64,000 nucleotides of DNA from a bacterium. GTDB lineage: Bacteria; Krumholzibacteriota; Krumholzibacteriia; G020349025. Position 1 is the first letter of the stretch; the number at the start of each line of letters is the position of its first letter. The notes beneath the pieces were generated by a model. The model made no database searches. It saw only the letters and a program-made list of their open reading frames with translations, and was not told the origin of the DNA. This document shows positions 47,530-57,601 of the stretch, in pieces. Position numbers and translations under genes: made by a program. The stretch lies in assembly GCA_031362565.1 (NCBI GenBank), contig JANLSU010000073.1, positions 32,001 through 96,000 on the forward strand, written 5' to 3'.

Positions 47530-50253
47530 ATGAGCAAACTCGTCGTTGTTGCGGCTCTCTGCAGCCTTCTGGGCTACGCCAACAGTGGGGCGGCCCAAGG
47601 TTTGGGCAGCGTCACGGGCACCGTGCACGATCAAAAAACCGGCGAGGAGTTGGTCGGTGCCAACGTCGTCTTGGTCGGAACGAGTCTCGGTGCTTCTGCA
47701 GACCTGGACGGCAAGTTCACGATTCGTAACGTACCGCCGGGTCCGTATGACGTCCGGGTTTCGTACATCGGCTACACGCCGAAGGTCGTGCAGGCACTAA
47801 CGGTGCGCGCCGACCAGGCGACCACTTTGGATGTCGCGCTGGGGCAGGAGGTCGCGGAAGCCAAGGAAGAGGTCGTGGTCACGGCCGAGCGCGTCCTGTC
47901 GACCGAAGCAGCCGTGCTGTCGGAGCGCAAGAAATCCGCCACGATCGGCGACGCGGTGAGCGCCGAACAAATCAAGCGGTCGCCGGACGCCACCTCGAGC
48001 GATGCTCTCAAGCGGGTCACCGGCCTGACGATCGTCGACGACAAGTTCGTGTTCGTACGCGGCGTCACCGACCGCTACAACGCCACGTCGTTGAACGGCA
48101 CCAGCGTCACGAGCACCGACACGGACGTCGACCGCAAGAGTTTTTCGTTCGATTTGGTGCCGTCGAACCTGCTCGAAAACACGGTCGTCGTCAAGACCGC
48201 GACCCCCGACCTGCCCGGCGATTTCAGCGGCGGTCTGGTACAGGTCAACACGCTCGACTTCCCAACCAGCCGTACGATCCGCCTGTCGCTGTCGTCGGCG
48301 CTGGATGCCAGTACGACGCGCAAAACCATGTTCGCAGCCCCGGCCGGCGGCCACGATTGGCTGGGGCGCGACGATGGCAGCCGGGCGCTGCCGGGCGGCA
48401 ATTTGACCGGCAACGCGCTGGCGCACGAACTGCACAACACCTGGCAGTTGCGCTCGCTCGACGCACCCTTCGACAACGCCGCGAGTCTCGCGGTCGGCGA
48501 CCGCCACCCGATCGGCAACGACGAACTGGGATATGTGGGGGCGCTCTCGTACCGCAACACGTACCAGACGAGTTCGTTCGAGCTGCGGCCGTCGTTTCAA
48601 GGCGTTCCACTCTTGGATTTCACTGGCGATCGCTACAAACGCGCCGTGCTGTGGGGTGGCCTGCTGAATCTCAACTACAAGCTGCGGGGTCTGAACAAGC
48701 TCAGCTTTCGCAACAACTACAATCAGTCCGCACAAGAAAAGGTCATCGTCTCTTCCGGCCTGCCGACGAGCGGCGAGTTCACCCGCAAACAGGTCGCCGA
48801 GTGGGACGAGCGCTCGTTCTACCTGAGCCAGCTCGCGGGCGAACACAAGATTCCGGCGCTCGGCGGCCTGGTCGCCGAATGGAAGGGCTTCTATTCGAAA
48901 TCCAGGGCCGAGGAGCCGGATCGCAAGCAAGCTTCCTACGAGCGTGCCTCGAGCGGTGCCTTTGCGCTGCGCGAAAACTACCGGACCTGGTCGACCCTGG
49001 ACGAAACGTCGCGGGGCGCAAATACGGACTTGGCGTGGTCGCACGGACGCAGCCGCATCAAGACCGGCGCGGCATTCGAGCGCCGGGCTCGCGACTACGG
49101 AATTCGCGCCTTTGCGACCGATGCCTCGCACGTGGTCGCGCCGAACTACGACTTGCTCGTCCTGCCCATCGAACGGGTGTTCGCCCCGGAGAACTATGGC
49201 GCGGGCAAGTTCTCGTTCGTTCCGGTCACGACGTTTACGGGCGAATATGACGGCCGGCAAGATGTCCGCGCCGGCTACGCGATGGCGGACGAGCAGCTGA
49301 CGCTCCTCGGCCGCGGGCTGCGGGTGGTGGGAGGGGTGCGGGTCGAAGACGCTGAAATTCTGGTGCACAGCATCGCGCAGACCGGCGACCCGCGCCCGGT
49401 CACGGTGCGCGTCGCCAACACGGATTGGCTGCCATCCGCGAACTTGACCTGGGTTCTCGGCGACGAGTTGAATTGCCGGCTGGCCTATGGCCGTTCGGTG
49501 AACCGGCCCGAGTTTCGCGAACTGGCCGACGTGCTGTACCTCGACTTCGACGCCGAGCAGAACGTCATCGGTAATCCCGATCTGAAACGGGCCCGAATCG
49601 ACAACTACGACGCGCGGCTGGAGTACTTCCCCAATCCCGGCGAAGTCTTGGCCGCGAGCGTGTTCTACAAGCAGCTCGACAATGCGATCGAGGAACGGCT
49701 GCTGCCCTCTCCCGAACGCTTTGTACGCACTTGGTTCAATTCACCGGACGGCAAGAACTACGGCTATGAGCTGGAGGCGCGGAAATCGCTCGGGCTCCTG
49801 GGCGCGCCGTTGCGCGGCTTCTCGCTGACCGGCAACTACACGCGCATCAAGTCGAGCATTTCGTACACGGAGACGCGGACCGGAGCCGGTGGAGGCGCCG
49901 TGACCACGGAGCGCGAACGAGTCATGCAAGGCCAGTCGCCGTGGTCGGCCAACGTGTCGCTGCTGTACGCGGCGCCGCCGCGCTTCGGCACGTCGGTGAA
50001 TGTGCTGTACGGCAAAGTCGGGCGCCGTCTGCAAGACGTCGGCGATTCCCGCGACGAAGACGTCTACGAAGAGTCACGTGACTTGTTGGATATCGCGGTC
50101 ACACAGAAGTTCCTCCGGCGCTACGACGCCAAGTTCGCAATCAAGAACGTGCTTGGCGAAGACGAGGTCCTGACCAGCGGCCGCGAGAAATCGACTTTCT
50201 CGCGCATCTCGCGAGGCACGGCCTATTCCCTGGCGTTCGCGATGGGGCTGTGA
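47530..50253 (+). CDS. TonB-dependent receptor with N-terminal carboxypeptidase-regulatory-like domain
   Basis: G.V.G.V.D..TGE.L.GANV, DALKRVTG, VRG..DRY, FDL.PS, KT.TPDLPGDFSGG, RPEFRELA, GNPDL, QGQSPW..N. Confidence 0.95.
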   Translation: MSKLVVVAALCSLLGYANSGAAQGLGSVTGTVHDQKTGEELVGANVVLVGTSLGASADLDGKFTIRNVPPGPYDVRVSYIGYTPKVVQALTVRADQATTLDVALGQEVAEAKEEVVVTAERVLSTEAAVLSERKKSATIGDAVSAEQIKRSPDATSSDALKRVTGLTIVDDKFVFVRGVTDRYNATSLNGTSVTSTDTDVDRKSFSFDLVPSNLLENTVVVKTATPDLPGDFSGGLVQVNTLDFPTSRTIRLSLSSALDASTTRKTMFAAPAGGHDWLGRDDGSRALPGGNLTGNALAHELHNTWQLRSLDAPFDNAASLAVGDRHPIGNDELGYVGALSYRNTYQTSSFELRPSFQGVPLLDFTGDRYKRAVLWGGLLNLNYKLRGLNKLSFRNNYNQSAQEKVIVSSGLPTSGEFTRKQVAEWDERSFYLSQLAGEHKIPALGGLVAEWKGFYSKSRAEEPDRKQASYERASSGAFALRENYRTWSTLDETSRGANTDLAWSHGRSRIKTGAAFERRARDYGIRAFATDASHVVAPNYDLLVLPIERVFAPENYGAGKFSFVPVTTFTGEYDGRQDVRAGYAMADEQLTLLGRGLRVVGGVRVEDAEILVHSIAQTGDPRPVTVRVANTDWLPSANLTWVLGDELNCRLAYGRSVNRPEFRELADVLYLDFDAEQNVIGNPDLKRARIDNYDARLEYFPNPGEVLAASVFYKQLDNAIEERLLPSPERFVRTWFNSPDGKNYGYELEARKSLGLLGAPLRGFSLTGNYTRIKSSISYTETRTGAGGGAVTTERERVMQGQSPWSANVSLLYAAPPRFGTSVNVLYGKVGRRLQDVGDSRDEDVYEESRDLLDIAVTQKFLRRYDAKFAIKNVLGEDEVLTSGREKSTFSRISRGTAYSLAFAMGL

Positions 50254-50364
50254 ACGTTTCCCGGAGGTTGTCGGCGGCAAAATACGACACAGCATGTCGC
50301 ACGACACCAAAGGTTGATCGAGGGCGGGATGTCACTGCAACTTACAACGGAAGGCCGAACTGAA

Positions 50365-52035
50365 ATGAAGAATACCTTATTGAGGACGGCGCTGGTGCTG
50401 GCGGCGTGGAGCGCCATCGCACAGGCGCGTCCGGTCGTGATCATCGGCCCGGGGCTCAATACCGGGCGAACGATCTATCACCAGCACTTCAATCGCACTC
50501 TGCATGCGGATTCGCTCTACACGTTGACCGGCCAGTATCTCGTGGACTCGCTCTTCAGCATGACGATCGAGCCCGGAACGATCGTGCAGGGCGACACGGC
50601 GGCAGTGCTTGTCGTGACCCGCGGCGCGAAGATCTTCGCGAACGGTGAGCCGTGCAACCCGATCGTATTCACGAGCCGCAAACCGGCCGGACTGCGAAAT
50701 CGCGGTGACTGGGGCGGCGTTGTCCTCTTGGGCGCCGCGCCGATCAACAAGGTGAACCCGTTGATCGAAGGCGGCATTCTGCAGGGAACCTATGGGGGCA
50801 ATAACGCCAACGACAACAGCGGCGTCCTCAAGTACACCCGCATCGAGTACTGTGGCTACCGGTATCAACTCAACAACGAGATCAACGGCTTGACCTGTGG
50901 TGGCGTCGGCGCCGGGACCCAAATTCACCACATCCAGGTCAGCTACTCGTTCGATGATAGCTACGAGTGGTTTGGCGGTACGGTGAATGTCGATCACTTG
51001 ATTGCAATTGGCGGTACGGACGACGAGTTCGACACCGATTTCGGATACTCGGGCAAGGCGCAGTTCTTGTTCGCGGTGAAGGACCTCAACTACTGGGATC
51101 CGACCGGCCAGAGCAACGGCTACGAATCGGACAACGACGCTTCGTCGGCTTCGACGGACCAGCCGTACACCTCGGCGGTGTTCTCGAACTGCACGCTCGT
51201 CGGCCCGGAGCGGACCGATGCTTTGCTGGGTACCGTGCCCCTCGCGGCGACTTTCGAATACAGCGCCGTTCTGCGCCGCTCGACCAAGGAGTCGATCTTC
51301 AACACGGTCATCACGGGCTATCCGTTTGGACTGAGTCTGCGCGACGCGACGACGCAGAACTGGGCCAACACTGCCGAGCTGCAACTCCGCAACGTGAGCA
51401 TTACGGCAACCAAGATTCCGACGGGCTCGACGACGGTGCATGACCAAGTGCGCTGGGCGGGCGTCAACACGTTCTTCAATACGCCCGCCTTCAGCAACAT
51501 CGGTTCGGCGCCGCGCAATCCGAGCGCCGTGTTGCTCACCGACATGAGCAACCTCAACAATCCGAATCCAGTGCCGGCAGCGGGTTCCGAATTGATCAAC
51601 AGCGCCAGTTTTGCGAGTGCGAAGCTCGCCGGTCTTCAGGTTGTGACCTATCGGGGCGCATTCGACCCCGCGGTGCCGATGTCGCAGCAGTGGACCAAGT
51701 GCTGGACGAACTTCGATCCGCAGGGGTTCTGGAATCCGGCCACCGACGCGCCGGAGGAAATTGCCGCGCCACGCGCCGGCCGGCTCGAGCAGAATGTGCC
51801 GAATCCCTTCAATCCGCGTACCGCGATCCGTTTCAAGGTGCCGGTGCGCGGCCACGTGACGCTGAAGGTGTACAACGCCCGCGGCGCACAAGTAGCGACT
51901 GTCGTCGATCAAGAGATGCCGGCAGGCGCCTACGAACGTTCGGTCGACATGACACAACTTCCATCCGGTACTTACTTGTACCGTTTGAATGCACCGGGCG
52001 TGACCGAGTCGAAGAAAATGGAGATGGTGAAATAA
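50365..52035 (+). CDS. secreted beta-helix-type protein with C-terminal T9SS/FlgD-like sorting domain
   Basis: GDWGGVVLLG, DNSGVLKY.RIEY.G, EINGLT..GVG.GT, DD..EWFGG; C-terminus QNVPNPFNP.T.I.F...VYN..G...SG.Y.YRL...KK. Confidence 0.88.
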   Translation: MKNTLLRTALVLAAWSAIAQARPVVIIGPGLNTGRTIYHQHFNRTLHADSLYTLTGQYLVDSLFSMTIEPGTIVQGDTAAVLVVTRGAKIFANGEPCNPIVFTSRKPAGLRNRGDWGGVVLLGAAPINKVNPLIEGGILQGTYGGNNANDNSGVLKYTRIEYCGYRYQLNNEINGLTCGGVGAGTQIHHIQVSYSFDDSYEWFGGTVNVDHLIAIGGTDDEFDTDFGYSGKAQFLFAVKDLNYWDPTGQSNGYESDNDASSASTDQPYTSAVFSNCTLVGPERTDALLGTVPLAATFEYSAVLRRSTKESIFNTVITGYPFGLSLRDATTQNWANTAELQLRNVSITATKIPTGSTTVHDQVRWAGVNTFFNTPAFSNIGSAPRNPSAVLLTDMSNLNNPNPVPAAGSELINSASFASAKLAGLQVVTYRGAFDPAVPMSQQWTKCWTNFDPQGFWNPATDAPEEIAAPRAGRLEQNVPNPFNPRTAIRFKVPVRGHVTLKVYNARGAQVATVVDQEMPAGAYERSVDMTQLPSGTYLYRLNAPGVTESKKMEMVK

Positions 52036-52072
52036 GGCAAGTCACCGTCTGCAAAGTCTGCGGCTCGTCGTG

Positions 52073-52110
52073 GGGTGGCCCTACTCGGAGGGGCCACCCT
52101 ACATTTGTTT
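52073..52110 (+). terminator. intrinsic terminator ending the Ton cluster
   Basis: GGGTGGCCC...GGGCCACCC hairpin followed by TACATTTGTTT. Confidence 0.65.
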
Positions 52111-52197
52111 GGGCCAAGGCCCCCACACTCGCCGTCGCCGCCGTCGTGGTACCATCCGGGTTCGGGGCCGGCCGCGGCCCGTCCCAGGAGCGTGACC

Positions 52198-52857
52198 ATG
52201 GAACGGCTGACCGGCGGCGCCACACGCCGCCTCATCGTCGGAATCTCCGGTGCGAGTGGCGCCCTCTACGCGCAGCGGACGCTCGTCGCGCTCGCCACCA
52301 CGCCGCACCAGGTCGAAGTCGTCGCATCCAAGGTCGGGGCGGAAATTTTCCGCCAAGAGACCGAGCAAGCACTGCCGCGATTCATCGAAGAATTGGTGGC
52401 CCGCGGTGCGCGCCTGCGCCTCTGGGATCCCAACGATTTTTACGCGCCATTTTCGAGCGGCTCCCAATCGTGTGACATGGTCGTCGTGCCGTGCAGCGGC
52501 GGAGCGCTGGGCCGCATCGCGTTCGGGACCTCGCCGGATCTCCTGTCGCGTGCCGCGGACGTCTGCCTTAAAGAGGGCCGGCGGCTGGTGCTCGTGCTGC
52601 GGGAGACGCCGCTTTCCGAAGTACACCTGCGAAACATGCTGCGCCTGCGGCGCGCGGGTGCGGTGATTTTGCCGGCGGCCCCGGGTTTCTATTCGCATCC
52701 CAAAGACTTGGTCGAACTCGCCGACAGTCTCGTGCAACGGGTGTTCGATCAACTCGAAGTCGACGTGCCGGTGTTTCGCCGCTGGCGCGAGCGCGCCGCG
52801 GAGATGCGGCCACCGGGCCCCGAACCCGCGAGCGGCACCGGCGAAGCGCGGGCCTGA
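52198..52857 (+). CDS. ubiX: flavin prenyltransferase UbiX
   Basis: VGISGASGA, SSGS, VPCS, RAADV.LKE.R.LVL..RETP, P..PGFY. Confidence 0.95.
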   Translation: MERLTGGATRRLIVGISGASGALYAQRTLVALATTPHQVEVVASKVGAEIFRQETEQALPRFIEELVARGARLRLWDPNDFYAPFSSGSQSCDMVVVPCSGGALGRIAFGTSPDLLSRAADVCLKEGRRLVLVLRETPLSEVHLRNMLRLRRAGAVILPAAPGFYSHPKDLVELADSLVQRVFDQLEVDVPVFRRWRERAAEMRPPGPEPASGTGEARA

Positions 52858-52934
52858 TCGCGCCGCTTCATCACCAACACCGGCGCCGCGTGGTTCTGCA
52901 CCGCACGCAGCGCGTTCGCGGAGTAACTTCGTCC

Positions 52935-53789
52935 ATGCAGCGTTTGCGACTCTTGCTCGACATGATCAAATTCGAGCACACCATTTTCGCGCTGCCCTTT
53001 GCGCTTCTGGCGTTGTTTCTAGCGTCCGACGGTTGGCCGGCGCCACGCACCCTGCTCTGGGTGCTCGTCGCCATGGTCGGGGCGCGCAGCACCGCGATGG
53101 CGATGAATCGCATCGCCGACCGGCACATCGATGCCGCGAATCCGCGCACCAGCAGCCGCCATCTGCCCGCCGGCCTCGTCTCCTTGCGCGCGGCTTGGGC
53201 ATTCGCGCTCGGATCGGCGGCACTCTTCGTTGGCGCGGCAGCACGTCTGAACTCCTTGACGCTCGCCTTGTCACCGGTGGCCCTGGCGGTTGTGTGGGGC
53301 TACTCGTGGACGAAGCGCTTCACGTGGGCGTCGCATCTCTTCCTGGGGCTCGCTCTCGGACTCGCGCCGCTGGGTGCATGGATCGCGGTGCGCGGCCGTC
53401 TGGACGCGCTGCCGCTCGTGCTTGGCGCCGGCGTCGTGTTGTGGGTGGCGGGATTCGACACGATCTACGCGTGCCAGGATGCGGACTTCGACCGGGCGCA
53501 CGGTCTGTTTTCACTGCCGGCCCGCTGGGGCACACGCGGCGCGCTGCGCGTGGCGCGCGCCCTGCACATTCTCATGCTGGCGACTTTTGCATTGCTTGGT
53601 GTGGCATTCGGCTTCGGCTCGCTCTACGCGGTCGGGCTCACGTGTGTCGCGGCCCTCGTCGTGGCTCAGCACGCGCTCGTGCGAGCGAGCGATCTGCGTC
53701 ACATCGATGTTGCTTTTTTCAACGTGAACAGTATCGTGGGCGTGCTCTTGATGGCCTTTACGCTCGCCGATCGTTTCTTGCGGCGGTGA
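52935..53789 (+). CDS. ubiA: UbiA-family prenyltransferase (MqnP-like)
   Basis: IKFEHTIFALPFA, NR..DR.ID..NPRT..R, YS.TKRF, GFD.IYA.QD..FD, AFF..N. Confidence 0.93.
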   Translation: MQRLRLLLDMIKFEHTIFALPFALLALFLASDGWPAPRTLLWVLVAMVGARSTAMAMNRIADRHIDAANPRTSSRHLPAGLVSLRAAWAFALGSAALFVGAAARLNSLTLALSPVALAVVWGYSWTKRFTWASHLFLGLALGLAPLGAWIAVRGRLDALPLVLGAGVVLWVAGFDTIYACQDADFDRAHGLFSLPARWGTRGALRVARALHILMLATFALLGVAFGFGSLYAVGLTCVAALVVAQHALVRASDLRHIDVAFFNVNSIVGVLLMAFTLADRFLRR

Positions 53790-53997
53790 ATCAAAGGCAG
53801 ACGCGGTGCGGAATGCGCGGCCATGGCCGCCGTCTCGCGCCGCCTCGGCAGGAACGCACGCTCGGACGGCCTGGAGTTTGCACAGATCCGTCACGTGTGT
53901 CTCGTAGGACGCGACCGCGGCTCCGCCGGAGCAGGGACGCGCCGGGGGAAGCCGGGCAGGGTGGGGCGGACGAGAACCGGGACGAGGAGGCTCGACC

Positions 53998-54795
53998 ATG
54001 TCGCGCGTACGCATCGGTGCAGTTTCATTTCTGAACACGCGTCCACTGGCGCACGGCCTGCAATCGGGTCCGGACTACGTCGTGAGCTACGATTCGCCGG
54101 GAAATCTCGCTGAAAAGCTCCGTTTGGGCGAGATCGACGTCGGTCTCATCCCGATCGTCGAGCATTTGCGCGGCGTCGGCGACTCCTACGTGCCTGGAAT
54201 CGGGATCGCGTCCGACGGGCCGGTTCGCACCGTCAAGCTGTACAGCCGCGTGCCGTTCGAGTCGTTGCACGATGTGGCCGTTGATGGCAGATCGCGGACG
54301 TCGGTGGCGCTGCTTCGCATCCTGCTCTCGGAGCGCTTCGGTGTGACGCCGGACTTCTACAGCCACAGGGCCGACCTTCCCGACATGCTGCGGGCGCACG
54401 AGGCGGGTCTTGTCATCGGCGATGCGGCGTTCCCGGATACCGGCGCACCGCATGTCTGGGATCTGGGCCAGGCGTGGAAGGAACTCACCGGGCTGCCGTT
54501 CGTGTACGCCGTATGGACGATGAATGAGGGCGTCGATCGTGAACGCGTCGGGCGCTGGCTCAAGGATTCGCTCGCCTCGGGTCTTTCGCACCTCGAAGAC
54601 ATCGCCGTGCAGGCGGTGGAATCGGTGCCGGGCGAGGAAGCGCCGTCGCTGCTCCGCTACCTGCGCGACAACCTGCATTTTGTGCTCGGCGATCGCGACG
54701 TGCAGGGGATCGAGACATTCCAAAAGCTTTGCCAGCGCTACAATCTGATTCCGGCGAGCACGACGCCGCGGATTCTGGCGGCGGCTCACCCCTGA
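53998..54795 (+). CDS. mqnA: chorismate dehydratase (futalosine pathway)
   Basis: SFLNT.PL, GI...G.V.TV, SRTS..L, LVIGD.A, DLG..W...TGLPFVYAVW. Confidence 0.9.
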   Translation: MSRVRIGAVSFLNTRPLAHGLQSGPDYVVSYDSPGNLAEKLRLGEIDVGLIPIVEHLRGVGDSYVPGIGIASDGPVRTVKLYSRVPFESLHDVAVDGRSRTSVALLRILLSERFGVTPDFYSHRADLPDMLRAHEAGLVIGDAAFPDTGAPHVWDLGQAWKELTGLPFVYAVWTMNEGVDRERVGRWLKDSLASGLSHLEDIAVQAVESVPGEEAPSLLRYLRDNLHFVLGDRDVQGIETFQKLCQRYNLIPASTTPRILAAAHP

Positions 54796-54867
54796 CCGTA
54801 AAGACTCGCGGGCCGGCGTTGTCTCCAGGCCGGCGCCTTCGGGTCGGAGCGTGCGTGCCTGGCGCTC

Positions 54868-56238
54868 TCAAGCGCCGCTCTGCCACGCCGGTCCCAGTGT
54901 TTCGCGCTCGTGCCGCAGCACGAAATCCGCTGCCGCCCACAAGATGAGCACTCCCACGAGATGCACTGCGGTGACCGCCACGAGCGGTCCGTGCCGGAGC
55001 GCCGGCCAGAGAATCGGCACGTGCGCCGAAGAGAAGAAAAATCCAACGCATGCCGCCAGCCCCACCCGCCGGGCCCAGGGTGCCCCGTTCTCGCCGGCGC
55101 GCAGAACCGCCAGCATCAGCACCGGCCACACGAACAGCATCGCTGCCAGGGTCTGAACCCAAGTCAATTTCATCAGCGCCAGCAACGCCAAGACCACGAA
55201 GCCGAGTTCGAGCGGCACGAGTGCCGCGGCGCGCCGTCGGGCCGCTAAGCGTCGCAGTGTCGCCCATCCAACCACCGCCGCTGCCATCACCGACAGGACG
55301 CGTTTCAATCCCGGCGCATCGAAGGGTGAATTCACCCAGGCACTCGGGACGAGAAAGCGCGACAGCACGGCGTCGAGACTCTGGTTCATGGGCGGGGCGA
55401 CTTCGTCACGCACCCCAGGCAGGATCGCATCGCGGACGTACGCCGTGATGATTCCCGGCCCCCAATGGACGATCGCCGGCACCATGCTGAGGGCGAGCCC
55501 GAGAAGGGCGATTCCCGCCGCCCGGCGCCGCCCGCGCCAGGCAACGAACGGCAAGAGCACCACCGGCACGAGCTTCGCCCACGTCGCGAGGCAGATCGCG
55601 CCGGCGAGCAGCATGTCGCTCGCGAGATTCGATCGGCTCGCTTCCGGTGCAACCGGGGTTCCGGTCGCGGGCCGTGGCGCCGGCGGGGCCGGCAGCATCG
55701 CCAACGCCATTGCCGCCATACAGGCGAACAACAGCGCACCGACCGAACCGGCGCGAATATCGTTGTGGACGCTCGTCGAGTTGAGCGCCGCGGCAAAGAA
55801 CGCCGCGAGCAACATCCAGACGGGTCCGGGGTTCACAATCCCGAGCCAGGCAGCGTTCCGGCGCACGAGCCGCACGGTGAACGCCATCGCCGCCAGCAGC
55901 CATGCCGTCGTGAGCAGCATCCACACTTGGCGCGCTTCCTCGTACGACAAGTGTGCGAGTGGTTGCATGGCGAGCGCGAACGGCGGCGGATACAAGAACG
56001 GAAATTGGTCGTACCCGAACCCCAGGGCGCGGCCGCGGGCGGCGATCGCGCCGCGATCGTACGGCGACCGGTGGTCGCGCGTTTGCGCCGCGGCCAAGTA
56101 ATACGTCGCAAAGTCGGTGCTCGGCGGCAGGTTGTTGATTTGCACGCCGGTTGTCGCGATGACGAACTCCGCCGTCGTTACCAGCATGATGCCGATGCAA
56201 ATGCGCCGCACGAGCCGATCGGAGTTGGCGGCCGTCAT
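54868..56238 (-). CDS. GT87 (DUF2029) membrane glycosyltransferase
   Basis: DF..YY.AA, PFLYPP, K..P, NQSL motifs; many TM helices; ATGA overlap with the GT4 gene. Confidence 0.82.
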   Translation of the reverse strand: MTAANSDRLVRRICIGIMLVTTAEFVIATTGVQINNLPPSTDFATYYLAAAQTRDHRSPYDRGAIAARGRALGFGYDQFPFLYPPPFALAMQPLAHLSYEEARQVWMLLTTAWLLAAMAFTVRLVRRNAAWLGIVNPGPVWMLLAAFFAAALNSTSVHNDIRAGSVGALLFACMAAMALAMLPAPPAPRPATGTPVAPEASRSNLASDMLLAGAICLATWAKLVPVVLLPFVAWRGRRRAAGIALLGLALSMVPAIVHWGPGIITAYVRDAILPGVRDEVAPPMNQSLDAVLSRFLVPSAWVNSPFDAPGLKRVLSVMAAAVVGWATLRRLAARRRAAALVPLELGFVVLALLALMKLTWVQTLAAMLFVWPVLMLAVLRAGENGAPWARRVGLAACVGFFFSSAHVPILWPALRHGPLVAVTAVHLVGVLILWAAADFVLRHERETLGPAWQSGA

Positions 56239-57434
56239 GCGGGCTCCGAGGCGCGCCCCGTGAGCCGGTCGACGAGGGCGATTTCGGCCGCGACGCGCGC
56301 CTCCCATCCCATGAAGTGCGCCCGTGCGAACTCGCGCGCCTGCCGGCCGAGGCGTAGGCGGAGATCGCGATCACTGGCGACACGCACCATGCATTCGACG
56401 AGCGCCGCGGCGTTTTCCTCCGGCGCCAGCAGGCCGGTTTCGCCGTCGCGCACCACTTCCGATGTGCCGCCGACGTCGAGGGCCACGACCGGGGTTCCGA
56501 CGACCATCGCTTCGCAGGTTGGAATCGACATGTTGGTGAGCGTCGAGGTCGAGACGAACACATCCGCGCCGGCCATCACGAACGGCACACGATCGTGGGT
56601 GACGGTGCCCAGAAATCGCGCCCGGATGCCCAACGCCTGGCAGCGCCGTTCGAGCCCCGGGCGCGACGGGCCGTCGCCCGCGATCCACAGTTCGACCGGC
56701 GCCGTGCTGCGGCGCATGGTTTCCGGCATCGCTTCGACGATGCGGTCGACGCGTTTCGATTCGACAAGCCGCGACAGCGAGAGAAAAACGACGGTGTCGC
56801 GCCCGGTGCCGAACTCGGCACGGGTCGCCTCGCGCCCGAAGTCGCGCTCGGCCCATTCCATGTCGATGCCGTTGGGCAAGTACGTGATGCGGCCGGCCGG
56901 CACGCCCCAGCGCCGCGCTGCCGCCGCGCCGCGCGTGCCGTCATTCAAGATCAGAAAATGATCGAGCGGCACCTTGAAAGCGAGGATCCCTTCGGCGGCG
57001 TGATACAGGTAGCGCGGCAGCGGCCAATCGAGGCGTACCGCCTGCATGACTCCGAACAACTTGAGAACCGACGGCACCCGAGCGGCGCGTCCGGCGCGCC
57101 ACGCCGGCCAGGCGCCATAGTGTGAGAAACCCATGACGAGCGCCGGCCGCAATTCGCGTCCGAGCCGCACGGCATGGCGTCCCGCGACGGCCCAAAACGC
57201 CGGCAACAGCCACAAGCGCTTGAGGGGCGCCGGAAGGAAACCCGGCACGGCCAACACATTGGGGAAGGTGTGCACAGTGAGACCGGGTTCCGACACGATG
57301 CGATCACCGGTCCGCGGCACCAGCAGATGCAGGTCCCACCCGGCGCGGCGCAATCCCGCGAACATGTGGCTCTCGTCCGAGACCCCGGCGCCTGGTGCCA
57401 TCGACCAGAGGCTTGGCCATGGGCTCACGATCAA
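56235..57434 (-). CDS. glycosyltransferase family 4
   Basis: PNGID, SRL...K, GDG, ADVFV, EAM..GTPVV..DVGG..EVV..GETGLL. True start may be slightly upstream. Confidence 0.92.
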   Translation of the reverse strand: MIVSPWPSLWSMAPGAGVSDESHMFAGLRRAGWDLHLLVPRTGDRIVSEPGLTVHTFPNVLAVPGFLPAPLKRLWLLPAFWAVAGRHAVRLGRELRPALVMGFSHYGAWPAWRAGRAARVPSVLKLFGVMQAVRLDWPLPRYLYHAAEGILAFKVPLDHFLILNDGTRGAAAARRWGVPAGRITYLPNGIDMEWAERDFGREATRAEFGTGRDTVVFLSLSRLVESKRVDRIVEAMPETMRRSTAPVELWIAGDGPSRPGLERRCQALGIRARFLGTVTHDRVPFVMAGADVFVSTSTLTNMSIPTCEAMVVGTPVVALDVGGTSEVVRDGETGLLAPEENAAALVECMVRVASDRDLRLRLGRQAREFARAHFMGWEARVAAEIALVDRLTGRASEPA

Positions 57435-57601
57435 GATGGAACTTCGCGGCGCGACGATGGTTCCTCCTCGTGCAGCGTGCGCGCCGGGCGCGCCTTCCCG
57501 TGGGTTGCGGGCTGACCGAAGACGACACTATACTGGCCGGGCTCTCGAACCGCTGGCCCGGGCTTCTCCAGACTAGAGGAACGCGCCTCGTGACCCATTC
57601 G

